Below, one piece after another: positions 1 to 12,223 of a stretch of 64,000 bases of DNA (positions are counted from its first letter, which is position 1; each line of letters opens with the position of its first letter). The stretch comes from Octopus sinensis (taxonomy: Eukaryota): assembly GCF_006345805.1 (NCBI RefSeq), contig NC_043019.1, positions 10,663,360 to 10,727,359 on the forward strand, given 5' to 3'. The notes below the pieces were generated by a model. That model was given only the letters and a program-made list of their open reading frames with translations, was not told the DNA's origin and searched no databases. The position numbers and the translations under genes were made by a program.

Positions 1-22
1 ATGTAATGCTTATTTATTTTTT

Positions 23-140
23 ATGTGCAGATCAACTCACCAGAGACATCGGATGCCTCCCTGAAGATCTAATGCAGGACCCAGATGGATGGTGCGTGCA
101 GGTTAAAAATGTCCGAGTAAGCTCAACGAGAGGAGGAGGA
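23..140 (+). mobile_element. RTE-clade LINE 3' end remnant (ORF2 C-terminus plus short-repeat tail)
   Basis: One frame reads DQLTRDIGCLPEDLMQDPDGWCVQVKNVRVSSTR, resembling the RTE C-terminal pattern DQL..DTGC..EDL..M.DRDGW...V..IR.SST. It is followed by gaggaggaggatg. Recognised from memory of the family. Confidence 0.6.
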
Positions 141-455
141 TGTTTTATTCAAATTGTTTTGAATTAATTTTGCATTATCTCTTAGGAGCTTTGAGGATTG
201 GGATTTCAATGATATGATTGTTATTATGTTTCTTTTCATAATTTGTTTTTCTTTTTGGGCGGGTGGGGGGTAGAGAGAGGGGGAGAGACAGAGAGTGCAT
301 GAGGGGTAATTAATTAAAGCAGTAAGGGGCTTTGATGCAATCAAATGGGGGGAAAGATCAAAAAGAATGACCCAATAGGAAGCAGGAAATTGTGTTGATG
401 TTGAAAATCAAGGTTACATCTGACCTACATAATAAAGTATGGTCTGGAGAGACAG

Positions 456-490
<35 letters not shown>

Positions 491-962
491 ATAAAGCCAG
501 CAGATTCAGTTTCATTTAGTGCACAGTTCTTTCTCTCTCTCTCTCCCTTTCTCTTTATCCTTCAACACTTGTCCTTCATTAATTCTACTCAGCTCCTCAC
601 CCATTCCCTATCTTCCATCCCCCATTCACTTCAACTCCATATCATGTATGTCCAACCAGAGACACCTCATGGCTACTAGTTTTATCTCTTCTCAGCTCCA
701 CCCCTATCACCACATCTACCCCACTCCACTACACCACACATTCTCTTCTAATAAAAATTGCCACATAGTCCTTCTAACAAAGAAACCTGTTCTGCTCTGG
801 CCTCCTTTCTCTCATCACCTAGCCAAAAAAAAAAAAAAGAAAAAGAAAAAAAAAGCCACCCCTCTTGAGGTTTGTAGTCCTGCAGGCTGTGATGGCAACC
901 TCACTAATGCTGGTGCCACAAAAAAAGGAAGTGGTTGTTAAAATGATGATATGAATGTAAGT

Positions 963-1125
963 GCAGGCATAGCTGTGTGGTATGAGGTTTGCTTCCCAGC
1001 CATATGGTTCTGGGTTCAGTCTCAGTGTGTGGCACCTTGGACTAGTGTCTTCTACTGTAGCTCCAGGCTAAACAAAACCTTGTGGGGGGATTTGGTAGAT
1101 GGAAACTGAAAGAAGCTCGTTGTGT
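963..1125 (+). mobile_element. SINE-A, old 5' half (tRNA-like head plus CORE-like domain)
   Basis: Diverged match to the young copies at 43141 and 62320: gctgtgtgg A-box, ggttcagtc B-box, ccttggactagtgtcttctact. Confidence 0.85.
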
Positions 1126-1142
1126 GTATGTGTGTGTATATA

Positions 1143-1374
1143 TATTTCTTTACTACCCACAAGGGGCTAAACATAGAGGGGACAAACAAGGACAGACAAA
1201 CGGATTAAGTCGATTACATCAACCCCAGTGCGAAACTGGTACTTTATTTATCGACCCTGAAAGGATGAAAGGCAAAGTCGACCTCGGCGGAATTTGAACT
1301 CGGAACGTAATGACAGACGAAATACTGCTAAGCATTTCGCCCAGCACGCTAACGTTTCTGCCAGCTTGACGCCT

Positions 1375-1375
<1 letters not shown>
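1143..1375 (-). mobile_element. SINE-B, full-length monomer
   Basis: Reverse complement of ggcggcgagctggcagaaacgttagc...gagttcaaattccgccgaggtcgactttgcctttcatcc...ccccttgtgggtagtaaagaaata, near-identical to many other copies in the window. Confidence 0.92.
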
Positions 1376-1405
<30 letters not shown>

Positions 1406-2008
1406 GTGTGTGTGTGGAAGTGGTATCCTTCATTCCCTGTCTTCGATGAAAATACGCCTGCCCATGGAGAAATATTACCATACTTGGAAACAGGTGAGGG
1501 TTGGTGACAGTAATGGCATCCAGCCTTAGGAAATCTGCCTCAACAAAATCTGTCTGACCCATGCAAGAATAAGAAAGTTAATATGATGATGATGATGATA
1601 ATAATGATGTAAACTGATAGTAGGTTTTTATGGCCCCTTCCCACAGCCAAGACTGCCAACCTTGGACTAGAAAAATAACAGCAATATAAGCAACAGGCCT
1701 CTCTACAAGACACTGACCTTGATTTTCACCATCAGATAAAGCGAGGACTAAGACCACACTTTTAACCAGTGCACCGTTAGATAAAAAGAAACGGTTCAAG
1801 TCACAACATTAGCTCTATTTATATTTATTTTTATCACTAAATCAATAAGGGGTGGTGGGGTGGTAAACAGTGTGGCTCCTTGGCCTTGCCAGTTCCTGTC
1901 AAACCAACCAACCCATGCCAGCAAGGAAACCGGATGTTAAACGATGAAGATGATGATGATGATGATGATGACAACAACGATGACATCTTTTTTATTAATC
2001 ATGTACAA

Positions 2009-2545
2009 GATGCTTAGCGGTATTTCGTCTGCCGTTACGTTCTGAGTTCAAATTCCGCCGAGATCGACTTTGGCTTTCATCCTTTTGGGGTCGATAAAAT
2101 AAGTACCAGTTACGCACTGGGGTCGGTGTAATCGACTTAATCCATTTGTCTGTCCTTGTTTGTCCTCTCTGTGTTTAGCCCCTTGTGGGTAGTAAAGAAA
2201 TAGATATTTCATCTGTCGTTACGTTCTGAGTTCAAATTCCGCCGAGATCGACTTTGCCTTTCATCCTTTTGGGGTCGATAAAATAAGTACCAGTTACGCA
2301 CTGGGGTCGGTGTAATCGACTTAATCCATTTGTCTGTCCTTGTTTGTCCTCTCTGTGTTTAGCCCCTTGTAGGTAGTAATGTTCTGAGTTCGAATTCCGC
2401 CAAGATCGACTTTATCCTTTCATCCTTTCTGGGTCGATAAAATAAGTACCAGTTACGCACTGGGGTCGATGTAATCGACTTAATCCATTTGTCTGTCCTT
2501 GTTTGTCCCCTCTGTGTTTCACCCTTTGTGGGCAGTAAAGAAATA
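2009..2545 (+). mobile_element. SINE-B tandem array (3 units)
   Basis: Three consecutive units gttctgagttcaaattccgccgag...gtaaagaaata. Confidence 0.9.
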
Positions 2546-2756
2546 TATATATATATAATAAACAGATGGCGGGGGAAGGTAAATGAGAGTTTGTGAGAAT
2601 GAGTGAGGGTATGGATGAATGAGAGTGAGTGTGCAAAGGAGTGAATGAGTGTATGAATGAATGACTGTATAAATGAGTGCGAGTCGAGTTAAGTTAATGT
2701 GTGAGTGAATGTTTGAGAGAGAAAGAGAGAGAAGTGCATGCAAATGAATGAGTGCA

Positions 2757-2995
2757 TGTGTGAGAGTGAGAGAGTGAGTGTGAGTGGAGAATGAGTGTGA
2801 GTGAGAGAATGAGTGTGAGTGAGAGAATGAGTGTGAGTGAGAGAATGAGTGTGAGTGAGAGAATGAGTGTGAGTGAGAGAATGAGTGTGAGTGAGAGAAT
2901 GAGTGTGAGTGGAGAATGAGTGTGAGTGAGAGAATGAGTGTAAGTGAGAGAATGAGTGTGAGTGAGAGAATGAGTGTGAGTGAGAGAATGAGTGA
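2757..2995. repeat. 18-bp minisatellite (gagaatgagtgtgagtga)n
   Basis: Direct tandem periodicity; explains the HSFSHS/LTLILS ORFs. Confidence 0.95.
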
Positions 2996-3141
2996 AGCAA
3001 CAAACAACCTTCAGTAGTCTCGGTGGGAGACCCGACAACAGTGGTGAGCAATTTCCGATTTATTTTAACAGCAATGTCTGGGTTAATCTTAGGAAATCAG
3101 AAGATTAGCCATAACCACTGCCTGACTGACTCACTCGTTGG

Positions 3142-3187
<46 letters not shown>

Positions 3188-3962
3188 CAAGGAGGGAAAG
3201 AGAGAGAGAGAGAGAGAGAGGGGGGGAGAAGGGTTTAACACACATTTATATATACTTAAAACTATTGATAATCTAATTAAAATACGAGGCTAAAATTCCA
3301 TCGCAGACAGACATGACTAAACACCAATGGTTACAACTGCAGCTGTTTACCACACTTTACTACTACTACTACTACTACTACTACCACTACAACTAAGTGA
3401 TGTATGGTTGTGGTGGTGGTGGTAGTGGGGATGATATATATGTTTATGTAAAGTAGTGGTGGTGATGTTATTGGTGGTGGTGGTGGTATGAAGTGATATG
3501 TGGCAGGTAGAAGCACCCCCTAAGTCAGTAGACACAATAATCAAAGATGTCATTCTAGCCATGACCACTCCAACATTTTATCACACAACTCTGTCTCCAT
3601 GACAACGTTGTCTAACGACATCCCACTTTTCATAACCCTGCACTTCCAAACAGTACCTGTTTACGAGGTGAAAACTAGAAGAGTCGGTAGAGCATTGGAT
3701 AAAATCATTTGTGCTATTTATGCCAGGTCTTTGTATCCATCATCATCATCATCATAATGGTCATTGTCATCACCATTATCACTTAAGGTCCACTTTTCCA
3801 TGCTTATATGAATTGGAAGGAGCTCATTTGAGCCAGTTGGGGGCATATTTACTATGGCCAGATGCCCTTCTTGTTGCCAACGCTCTCTTGTTTCCAAGCA
3901 AGGTAATATTTCCCCATGGCAGGCATGTCCATGTAGAATATTGGAAATGAATGACATTTCTT

Positions 3963-4197
3963 AGAGGCGGCGAGCTGGCAGAAACGTTAGCATGCCAGAC
4001 GAAATGTGTAGCCGTATTTCGTCTGCCATTACATTCTGGGTTCAAATTCCGCCAAGGTCGACTTTGCCTTTCATCCTTTCAGGGTCGATTAAATAAGTAC
4101 CAGTTACGCACTGGGGTCGATATAATCGACTTAATCCGTTTTTCTGTCCTTGTTTGTCCTCTCTGTGTTTAGCCCCTTGTGGGTAGTAAAGAAATAT
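3963..4197 (+). mobile_element. SINE-B, full-length monomer
   Basis: aggcggcgagctggcagaaacg head through the gtaaagaaata tail. Confidence 0.92.
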
Positions 4198-4774
4198 AAG
4201 AATGACTCACAATTATAACGCAATGTCAAGACGAGGCGACAAACAGACAGACACACACACAATGTGCTTCTTTCAGTTTCCATCCACCAAACCCAGCAAC
4301 AATGCTTTGGACAGCCAAGGGGCATAGAAGACACTTTCCCAAGGGGCCATGCAGTAGGACTCAAGTTGGAACCAAACAAGCTCTTAACACCACTGTCATG
4401 CCTGCCCTGAGTTCAAATCTTACCAAAGTCAACATTTCCCTTTCCCTCCCTCTGAGGTCAATAAGTGATGCAAAAATCAGTCAAGGGCAACAAACTCATA
4501 CATGCCTTGTGGTATTTGATCCAGCTCTTTGTGTTTTGAGTTCAAATTCTGCTGCAGTAGACTTAATCCAACGCTTGATTTAAACACCACCACCAGGCAC
4601 CTTGTGTCCCCCCCTCCCTTTAGCGACTCCATAGTTTGATGGTTTGAGGATATAGTGCTCCTTCCTAGAACAGCAGTAATAGAGGCCCCGCAAGGGACCA
4701 TGCAGAGGCAAAATGCTTCCTCCTGATTAAGGGGTCAAAAAAATATTGCAGGTAGAGTGTATGTGGAATGATTC

Positions 4775-5335
4775 TAATGCATGTGTGTGTGTGTGTCTGT
4801 GAGTGCAATATATGGTATGTATGTGTGTGTGTGTGGTGTGTGTGCATATACACACATGTATGTATATGTATATATGAGCAGTGTGTAATATATGTGTGTC
4901 TGTGTGTGCAATATATGGTATGTATGTGTGTGTGTGCATATACACACATATGTATTTATATGTATATATGAGCAAGTGTGTAATACATGTGTGTGCCTGT
5001 GTGTGCAATATATGGTATGTATGTGTGTGTGTGCATATACACACATATGTATGTATATGTATATATGAGCAAGTGTGTGTCTGTGTGTGTGCAATATATG
5101 GTATGTATGTGTGTGTGCATATACACACATATGTATGTATATGTATATATGAGCAAGTGTGTGTCTGCGTGTGCAATATATGGTATGTATGTGTGTGTGC
5201 ATATACACACATATGTATGTATATGTATATATGAGCAAGTGTGTAATATATGTGTGTGTACATATAGACATGCACACACACACACACAAGATATGTATGT
5301 GTATGCGTGTGTACATATAGATATGTATATACACG
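4775..5335. repeat. About 60-65-bp minisatellite built from CA/TA microsatellites
   Basis: gcaatatatggtatgtatgtgtgtgtgcatatacacac...gagcaagtgtgt recurs about 7 times. Confidence 0.9.
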
Positions 5336-5870
5336 CTTGCACAAAGAAAATAGGACTGGGAAGAAATTTTCACTATAACAACACCGAATCTGCTTCAAAA
5401 GAATCTTATTCTGGAGAGTTCTGGAACATATGGAGTTCTAACTCCATGGTTACATGACTTGTACTTTAGTGCGCACTTTATAAACACACAAATATACATA
5501 CTGTATGTGTGTGTGTGTGTGTACGCACAAACAAACTTTCTTCAAGTGAACCAGGACAATTATATTCCACTAAATGTTACAGATTTAGTGTTTATCTTAA
5601 TCCGTTAATGCTAATCTGCCTTAATGCACCATTATGTTCCAGTCCTCATCTAATGTCTTTGTTTAATTCATTATCCTTTCAAGATGCGTGTTCTCTCTCT
5701 CTCTCTCTCTTTCTCATATATATACACATGTGTAAACATAAAAATTTCGTAAGTGCAACGCACTGGAACTCTTGCCCTATGAGTCACTTATATAATTTCA
5801 ATTAGCTGTAAAGTCACACACATACATATACATATAAATATACACACACACACACATATATGTATATATA

Positions 5871-6696
5871 CAGGGTGCAGTGGATAAACTGTCATTTAAA
5901 TTACACAACAATGGAAATAACACTGTCCTCACATTTTAACAGATATATTTACCAAAATTACATAAAAATAACTTGAAGTACTAACGAGTAAATTTATTCA
6001 ATAAAATCACCATTGGCTTCAACCACGGCCTCTAGACAACTTCGGAATCTCCTGCAATTCTTTTGAACGGTCACCTTGTTTAAGTTGGTGAATGCTGCCA
6101 TAATCCTTACCTTCAGTTCATCTTTGGTGTTATAAGGAGTTTTGTTGGTCTCTCGCTCAACTGCGCCCTATGCATAATCAAGGGGGTTGTAGTCTGGGGA
6201 GTTAGGTGGTCAGATGTTAGGGGTGATGTGGTTGCAGAAATTGTCTGACAGCTCTGATAGGGTTCTCCTGCTTGTGTGGCATGGTGCAGAGTCCCGTTGC
6301 CAGATATTGACTCTTCTAGCAGCCACCCTCTTGATCCAGAGCAGCACTACTTCCTCCATGCACTTGATGTAGGCCTCCATGTTGAAACTGGGGCCATGTG
6401 GGAAGATGAATGGAGGCATAACGTTGCCATCACTAGTGATCACTCCAAACACCATGATGTTGACTGGATGTTGGATTTTTATCACTCTCGGTACATATCC
6501 TCAGATTGACACCCAAACACTCTGAAATGCTTGTATTGGAGATTCCGGTGTGAATGTCAAGCAACAAAGCATATTGTTTCCAAATTTCTGGCAGAGTGAA
6601 TTGCATCATGGTGCCGTTTGTCTCCTCATCTTTTATGTAAACTCCCACACAAAATGTAAACTGTCCTTGTAATGTCCCCTTCATCTTACGCCCCTG
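5871..6696 (-). mobile_element. Internally deleted DD37D (maT-type Tc1/mariner) DNA transposon
   Basis: Minus strand reads VMVFGVITSDG...QRDSAPCH...NI*PPNSPDYNPLD...AVVEANGDFIE*, with 37 residues between the last two aspartates. An N-terminal HTH-like stub (MMQFTLPEIW...) is fused directly to the catalytic region. TA|CAGGGTGC end at 5871; CAGGGGCGTAAGAT end near 6696. In-frame stops. Confidence 0.88.
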
Positions 6697-6705
6697 TGGC
6701 AAATA

Positions 6706-7020
6706 AAAGATCTCAGTTTTGCCTTTCATCCTTTTGGGGTCAATAAAATAGGTACCAGATAAGCACTGGGGGGGTCAACGTAATTGATTTATTCCTTCCC
6801 ATAAAATTTCAGCCTAGAGCCTAGGTAGCAAACTGACAGAATCATTAGAATACTATTTCATCCATCTTCACATTCTGAGTTCAAATTCCACCGTGGTTGA
6901 CTTTACCTTCCATCCTTTTGGGGATCGATAAAATAAGTACCAGTTGAACGCTGGGGGTTGATTTAATCAACTTGGCTCCTCCCCAAAACTGCTGGCCTTG
7001 CATCAAAATTTGAAACCATT
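6706..7020 (+). mobile_element. Two SINE-B variants with the alternative tail (…ccccaaaattgctggccttgtgccaaaatttgaaacc + (TTA)n)
   Basis: Same ttgcctttcatccttttggggtc central domain, different 3' region ending in a TTA repeat. Confidence 0.8.
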
Positions 7021-7084
7021 ATTATTATTATTATTATTATTTTATTATCATTATTATTATTATTATTATTATTTTATTATTAGT

Positions 7085-7350
7085 GAGAACACATGACCTA
7101 GTGATGAGGGTATTGCACTCACAATCACGAGATTGTGGTTTCAATTCCTAGACCGGGTGGTGAACTGTGTTCTTGAGCAAAGCACTTCATCTCGTGTTGC
7201 TTTGAAATTACTTCAATACCTGATGCAGGGCACATTGTACACCTGATCAGGTAACATCAATTTTCGATGGAGCGAGTAACCTAATGTACAAGACATACAT
7301 TTAATCACTATAAATAAATCCTTTGTGCAGGTCGTTTGGCAAAGAAGCTG
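7085..7350 (+). mobile_element. SINE-E, old copy (tRNA-like head)
   Basis: acatgacctagtg...ggtttcaattcc...gtgttcttgagcaaagcacttcat matches the copy at 36343. Confidence 0.7.
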
Positions 7351-7398
7351 AAAACTTATGTCATCTTTGACAGGTGAATCCATCATCATCATCATTAA

Positions 7399-7620
7399 GG
7401 TGGTGAGTTGGCAGAATCATTAGCACGCTGGATGAAATGCTTAGCGGTATTTCGCCCGTTGTTATGTTCTGAGTTCAAATTCCACCAAGGTCGACTTTAC
7501 CTTTCATTCTTTTGGGGGGTCTGTAAAATAAGTACCAGTGAAACACTGGGGTCGATGTAATCGACTAGTCCACCCCCACCACCAAATTGCTGGCCTACTG
7601 CCAAAATTTGAAACCGTTAT
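7399..7620 (+). mobile_element. SINE-B with the alternative TTA tail
   Basis: ggtggtgagttggcagaatcattagc head; tail attgctggcctactgccaaaatttgaaacc-(tta)n. Confidence 0.85.
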
Positions 7621-7631
7621 TATCATTATTA

Positions 7632-7664
<33 letters not shown>

Positions 7665-7674
7665 CATTATTATT

Positions 7675-8178
7675 GAGTGAGAGAGCAGTTCATGCCATCA
7701 AAGTGACACTGGGGTACAAATATACGAAGCCCAGTATACCCATCATGACTACCCGTCTGATAAGGGTACACCAGGCACATGCATCACAACCATATGTGCG
7801 CGACATTGTGATCTCATAAAAAGATAAACAGCACATGACCTTGCAGGTGGGGCCCAGTTAGAATTTTCTTCTGGTTGAGTAGCCCATCCCGCTCAAAAGG
7901 TCCCTGAATAAGGGTTTTATTATTATTATTATTATTGAGTGAGAGAGCAGTTCATGCCATCAAAGTGACACTGGGGTAAAATATATGAAGCCCAGTATAC
8001 CCATCATGACTACCCGTCTGATAAGGGTACACCAGGCACATGCATCACAACCATATGTGCGCAACATGGTGATCTCATAAAAAGATAAACAGCACATGAC
8101 CTTGCAGGTGGGGCCCAGTTAGAAATTTCTTCAGGTTGAGTAGCCCATCCCGCTCAAAAGGTCCCTGAAAAAGGGTTT
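7675..8178. mobile_element. Two head-to-tail copies of a ~244-bp element embedded in (TTA)n
   Basis: Units 7675-7918 and 7937-8178 differ at about 7 positions; each is flanked by TTA repeats. Family unassigned, probably derived from a TAA-targeted non-LTR retroelement. Confidence 0.8.
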
Positions 8179-8193
8179 TATTATTATTATTAT

Positions 8194-8268
8194 TCTATGT
8201 TTGACTTTTGCTTTATGTCTGTACAAGTTGGCTCCAAGTCTCACCCAGAGACCTCAAGAGACAACAGG
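8194..8268 (-). mobile_element. Probable R4/Dong-like LINE 3' UTR fragment ending in (TAA)n
   Basis: Minus strand tgtctcttgaggtctctgggtgagacttggagcc...aaacatagaataataat. The gaggtctctgggtgagact motif plus TAA tail fits that group as I recall it. Confidence 0.5.
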
Positions 8269-8330
8269 TTGGAAGTTCTGTGCCATATATTTTTTTTTTT
8301 TTTTGTGTTGTACTAGTGAATGTCTAATAC

Positions 8331-8362
<32 letters not shown>

Positions 8363-8774
8363 TTATTTTACCAGCACAGGCTACATTTATAATTTTCTCC
8401 AGACCCTTAGCCATATATTGTAATTTCTTTGTGTCTTTCATTTCCTTGAGAGAGAATGAGAAAGGGAGAGAGAGGGGTGAGTTGCTCAGATTATCAGAAC
8501 CCATCTCTACTCAGTGCCACACAAGTATTCTGATGTTTTACCAATTTTTTTATGAAAAAATCCTGCCGCCTGCTTCTTCTTCGTTAATCGCTGCCACTTC
8601 AGCTAAATAAATCTAAATTAAAATATCTGCTAATTCCAGGACCAATCGTTCGTTGGTTGGTTGGCTGGTTGGTCAGCAGCTGGCGTTTGTTGTGTAATGA
8701 GGGTGAACATCAAGTGATGAGAGACAGTGAAATTAACCAGAGTGATAGGAGGAGGCGAGGGTGAGTGGGAGTGA

Positions 8775-8928
8775 AGTGAGGAGGATGAGAGAGAGAAAAA
8801 TTAGAAGACAGAAAGAGAGGGAGGTAGAAGGAAGAGGATGCGTGGAAAGATGGGAAAAGAGAGAGGTGGGAGGAAAAAAAAACAAGAGAAATATGAAAAA
8901 GCAGGAGTAGAAAGAGAAGATAGGAGAA

Positions 8929-8959
<31 letters not shown>

Positions 8960-9780
8960 CAGAAGAGACAGAGTAGGAGAGGAAGGGGAGATGTGAAAGA
9001 GAGAATAGGCAAGAGAGGAAGAGAGAGAGAGAGAGAGAGTAGATACAAGGAGAAGAGCAAAGTAAGAAGTGAAAGAGAGAAAAGGCAAAAGAGAGTAGGA
9101 GAAAGAGAGAGTAAAAGAGAAATGGAAGAAATAGACAGTAGGGAAAAAGGAGAGAGGAAGAGATGAGAGAGGGAGAGAGAGAGAGGAGGAAGTCTTGTAA
9201 TGAAAGACTTGTAATAGTTCGAGTGGAATGTGAATGAGCTTTGGAGATGGAAAGAGGGAGAGAAGAGAGAGAGGAGAAAAGAGAGAGAGAGGGAGAGAGA
9301 AGAGAGAGAGGGGGAGAGAAGAGAAAGGGAGAGAAGAGAGAAGGAAAGAAGAGAGGAAGGGATAGAAGAGAGAGAGATGGGGAGAAGAGAGGAGAGAGAG
9401 GGAGAGAAGAGAGAGAGGGGGAGAGAAGAGAGGGGGAGAGAAGAGAGAGGGAGAGAAGAGAGAGAGGGGGAGAGAAGAGAGGGGGAGAGAAGAGAGGGGG
9501 AGAGAAGAGAGGAAGGGATAGAAGAGAGAGAGATGGGGAGAAGAGAGGAGAGAGATGGGGAGAAGAGAGGAGAGAGAGGGAGAGAAGAGAGAGAGGGGGA
9601 GAGAAGAGGGGAAGGGATAGAAGAGAGAGAGAGGGGGAGAAGAGGAAGAGAGGAGAGAGAGGGAGAGAAGAGAGGAAGCGATAGAAGAGAGAGAGGGAGA
9701 GAAGAGAGAGAAGAGAAGCAAGACAGAGGAGAGGGGGAGGGGGGAAAAGAAGGATTATATGAGGAAGAGAAAAAGTAAAA
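8775..9780. repeat. ~1 kb polypurine (GA-rich) tract with an internal gagagaagag minisatellite
   Basis: Almost exclusively A/G on the plus strand; source of the 389-aa and 306-aa Leu/Ser ORFs. Confidence 0.95.
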
Positions 9781-10124
9781 GGGAGAGCAGTGGATGATTA
9801 TTGCTGTTGTTTTGTTTAACCCCAGGTCAACACTGGTTGAACAGAGAAACGACCCATGATGCTGAGTCATTCCATCCATGCCCCTCCCCTCCGCTTTATT
9901 AGTCAGTGTAGCAGCTTTTGCTGTCTGTAAAGGTAAAGTGTTATATAGCTGGAGGAAGATTTGGCTGCTATTTCTCTTGGGTTGAACAGCACAGAGATTC
10001 TCTTCTCGTTAGCTCACAAACAGACAGGAGGGAGTGTTTGGTATGTGTGATGGTGGGGGAGGGTTAGGTAAGATGTACTGTAATAGTGTTTCATGAACAC
10101 TGAGGCGGGTGGGGTGGGGGGAGG

Positions 10125-10329
10125 GAGAGAGAGAGAGACAGACAGATAGGTAGATAGATAGATAGACAGACAGATAGGTAGATAGACAGATAGAAAGAGA
10201 GGCAGTGAAAGAGAGAGAGCTAGATAGACAGATAGACAGACAGATAGATAGATAGATAAATAGATAGATAGAGGCAGTGAAAGAGAGAGATATAGCTAGC
10301 TAGCTAGATAGATAGACAGACAGAGAGAC

Positions 10330-10372
<43 letters not shown>

Positions 10373-10373
10373 C

Positions 10374-10408
<35 letters not shown>

Positions 10409-10439
10409 CAGATGGGTAGATAGATAGATAGATAGATAG

Positions 10440-10470
<31 letters not shown>

Positions 10471-10477
10471 CAGATAA

Positions 10478-10549
<72 letters not shown>

Positions 10550-10645
10550 GCATACAGATAGGTAGAAAGACAGACAGACAGAGAAAGAGAGAGACAATGA
10601 AAGATATAGCTAGCTAGCTAGACAGACAGACAGGCAGACAGACAG
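10125..10645. repeat. (GATA)/(GACA)n tetranucleotide satellite
   Basis: Direct observation. Confidence 0.95.
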
Positions 10646-10776
10646 AGGGGTGGAAATAGTTGATAAGCTTTAGTGAATATGTACTATAAAATTACTAGAC
10701 TTATACAGTACTGAAAGAGAGAAAGAATGAGAGATAGACAGAGATAGACAGAAGATAGATAGATAGATAGACAGAC

Positions 10777-10835
<59 letters not shown>

Positions 10836-12223
10836 GAGAGAGGAGAGAGAGGAGAGAGGAGGAGAGAGAGAGAGGACGAGAGATGGAGAGAGAGAGAGAG
10901 AGAAACTTACAGTAAAGTGCACAGCTTAATCTAGCTCCAGCTTGCCAACAATAAAAGCATCTTCGTCTTCGAGAAGAAGAACAGTGTATTTTACAAAATC
11001 TAACAGTGCAGGCCACACAGTGATGTTCGTCTTACACGCAAACACCAGACTACACCAAAAACAGCAACTAAATTCACCACCACCACCAAAAAAAAACATA
11101 GCAACTAACAGCAACCGCAAACTATCATCACATGTAGCAACGAGGAACCTGCATCTGCTAGAAACAGCAGCCGAATACCCACTCAGATTGCACTTTAACT
11201 TACGTTACTGTCTGAAACGAAAGGAGGTCACACAAGAGGGACGATGCAGATCATGGCATGTAAGGAAGGAAAAGCTAGGTTGTTGTCGGTCATAGGAGTG
11301 TGTTTTGACTCGTGTTGAACTAGAAACTAAACAGCTACCACTTCTACTACCACCAGCACCACTGCCACCATTACACCTGCTATAGCTACCACCACCACCA
11401 CCACCGCCGCCAGCACCACGTGGTTTCTCAAACACATGGTTTTGGGTTCAGTCCCACTATATAGTCCTGTGGCCAACCAAAATCTTGGGGAGGGTTTGTT
11501 AGATAGAAACTGAAAGAAGCTCATCGTTCATATTTATCATCGTTTAACATCTGCCTGGCATGGGTTAGACAGTTTGATAGGAGCTGGTCAGACAGGAGCC
11601 TGCAGCAGACTTCTGTGTCTGCTTTGGCACAGTTTTACAGCTGGATGCCCTTCCTAACACCAACCATTCAGCAGAATGTATGTGTGTGGCTGTGGCTGTC
11701 CACCCTGCCCTTATCCTAGCTTGACAACCAGAGTTGGTTTGTTTACGTCCCTGTAACTTAGTAAAATAGGCTGATAGAATAAATAACAAACTTACAAAAA
11801 AAAAAAGGAAGAAAAAGTACTGGGGTCAATTTGTTTTACTAAATCTCTTGAAAGTGGTGCCCCAGCATGGCCGCAGTCCATTGACTGAAACAGGTGAAAG
11901 ATGAAAGTTACTGAATTGCAAAAAGAAAGACACACAGAATAATGTAGTGCTAGATATACTCATACTTGTTTTTTGTTTTGTTTGCTTTCCACACTGGCAT
12001 GGGTTGGCTGGGTCATCACAATTTAAGTCAGTTTATATTTGGAGTTACTCCAAATGGTTATTTCTAGATGGGTCAGATCTACATCTGACTTGCATGCTCC
12101 AGTTTTGGTACAGTCTCTATGGCCAGATGCTCTTCCTAACACTCACCCCTTTAAAGTGTGTATTGGATGCATATATATATATAGCACTTGCACTAGTAGG
12201 GTTATAATGTCCATGACAAAACC

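Noticed and set aside
2412-5457. Many His/Thr/Cys/Val-rich ORFs (also 13960-14560, 19153-19900, 27745-28110, 51544-51982, 55585-55950)
   Set aside because: Arise from CA, TA, CAT and minisatellite repeats that lack stop codons.
8710-9879. Longest ORFs (389, 306 and 182 aa)
   Set aside because: Translations of the GA/CT tract; low-complexity Leu/Ser or Arg/Glu with no domain.
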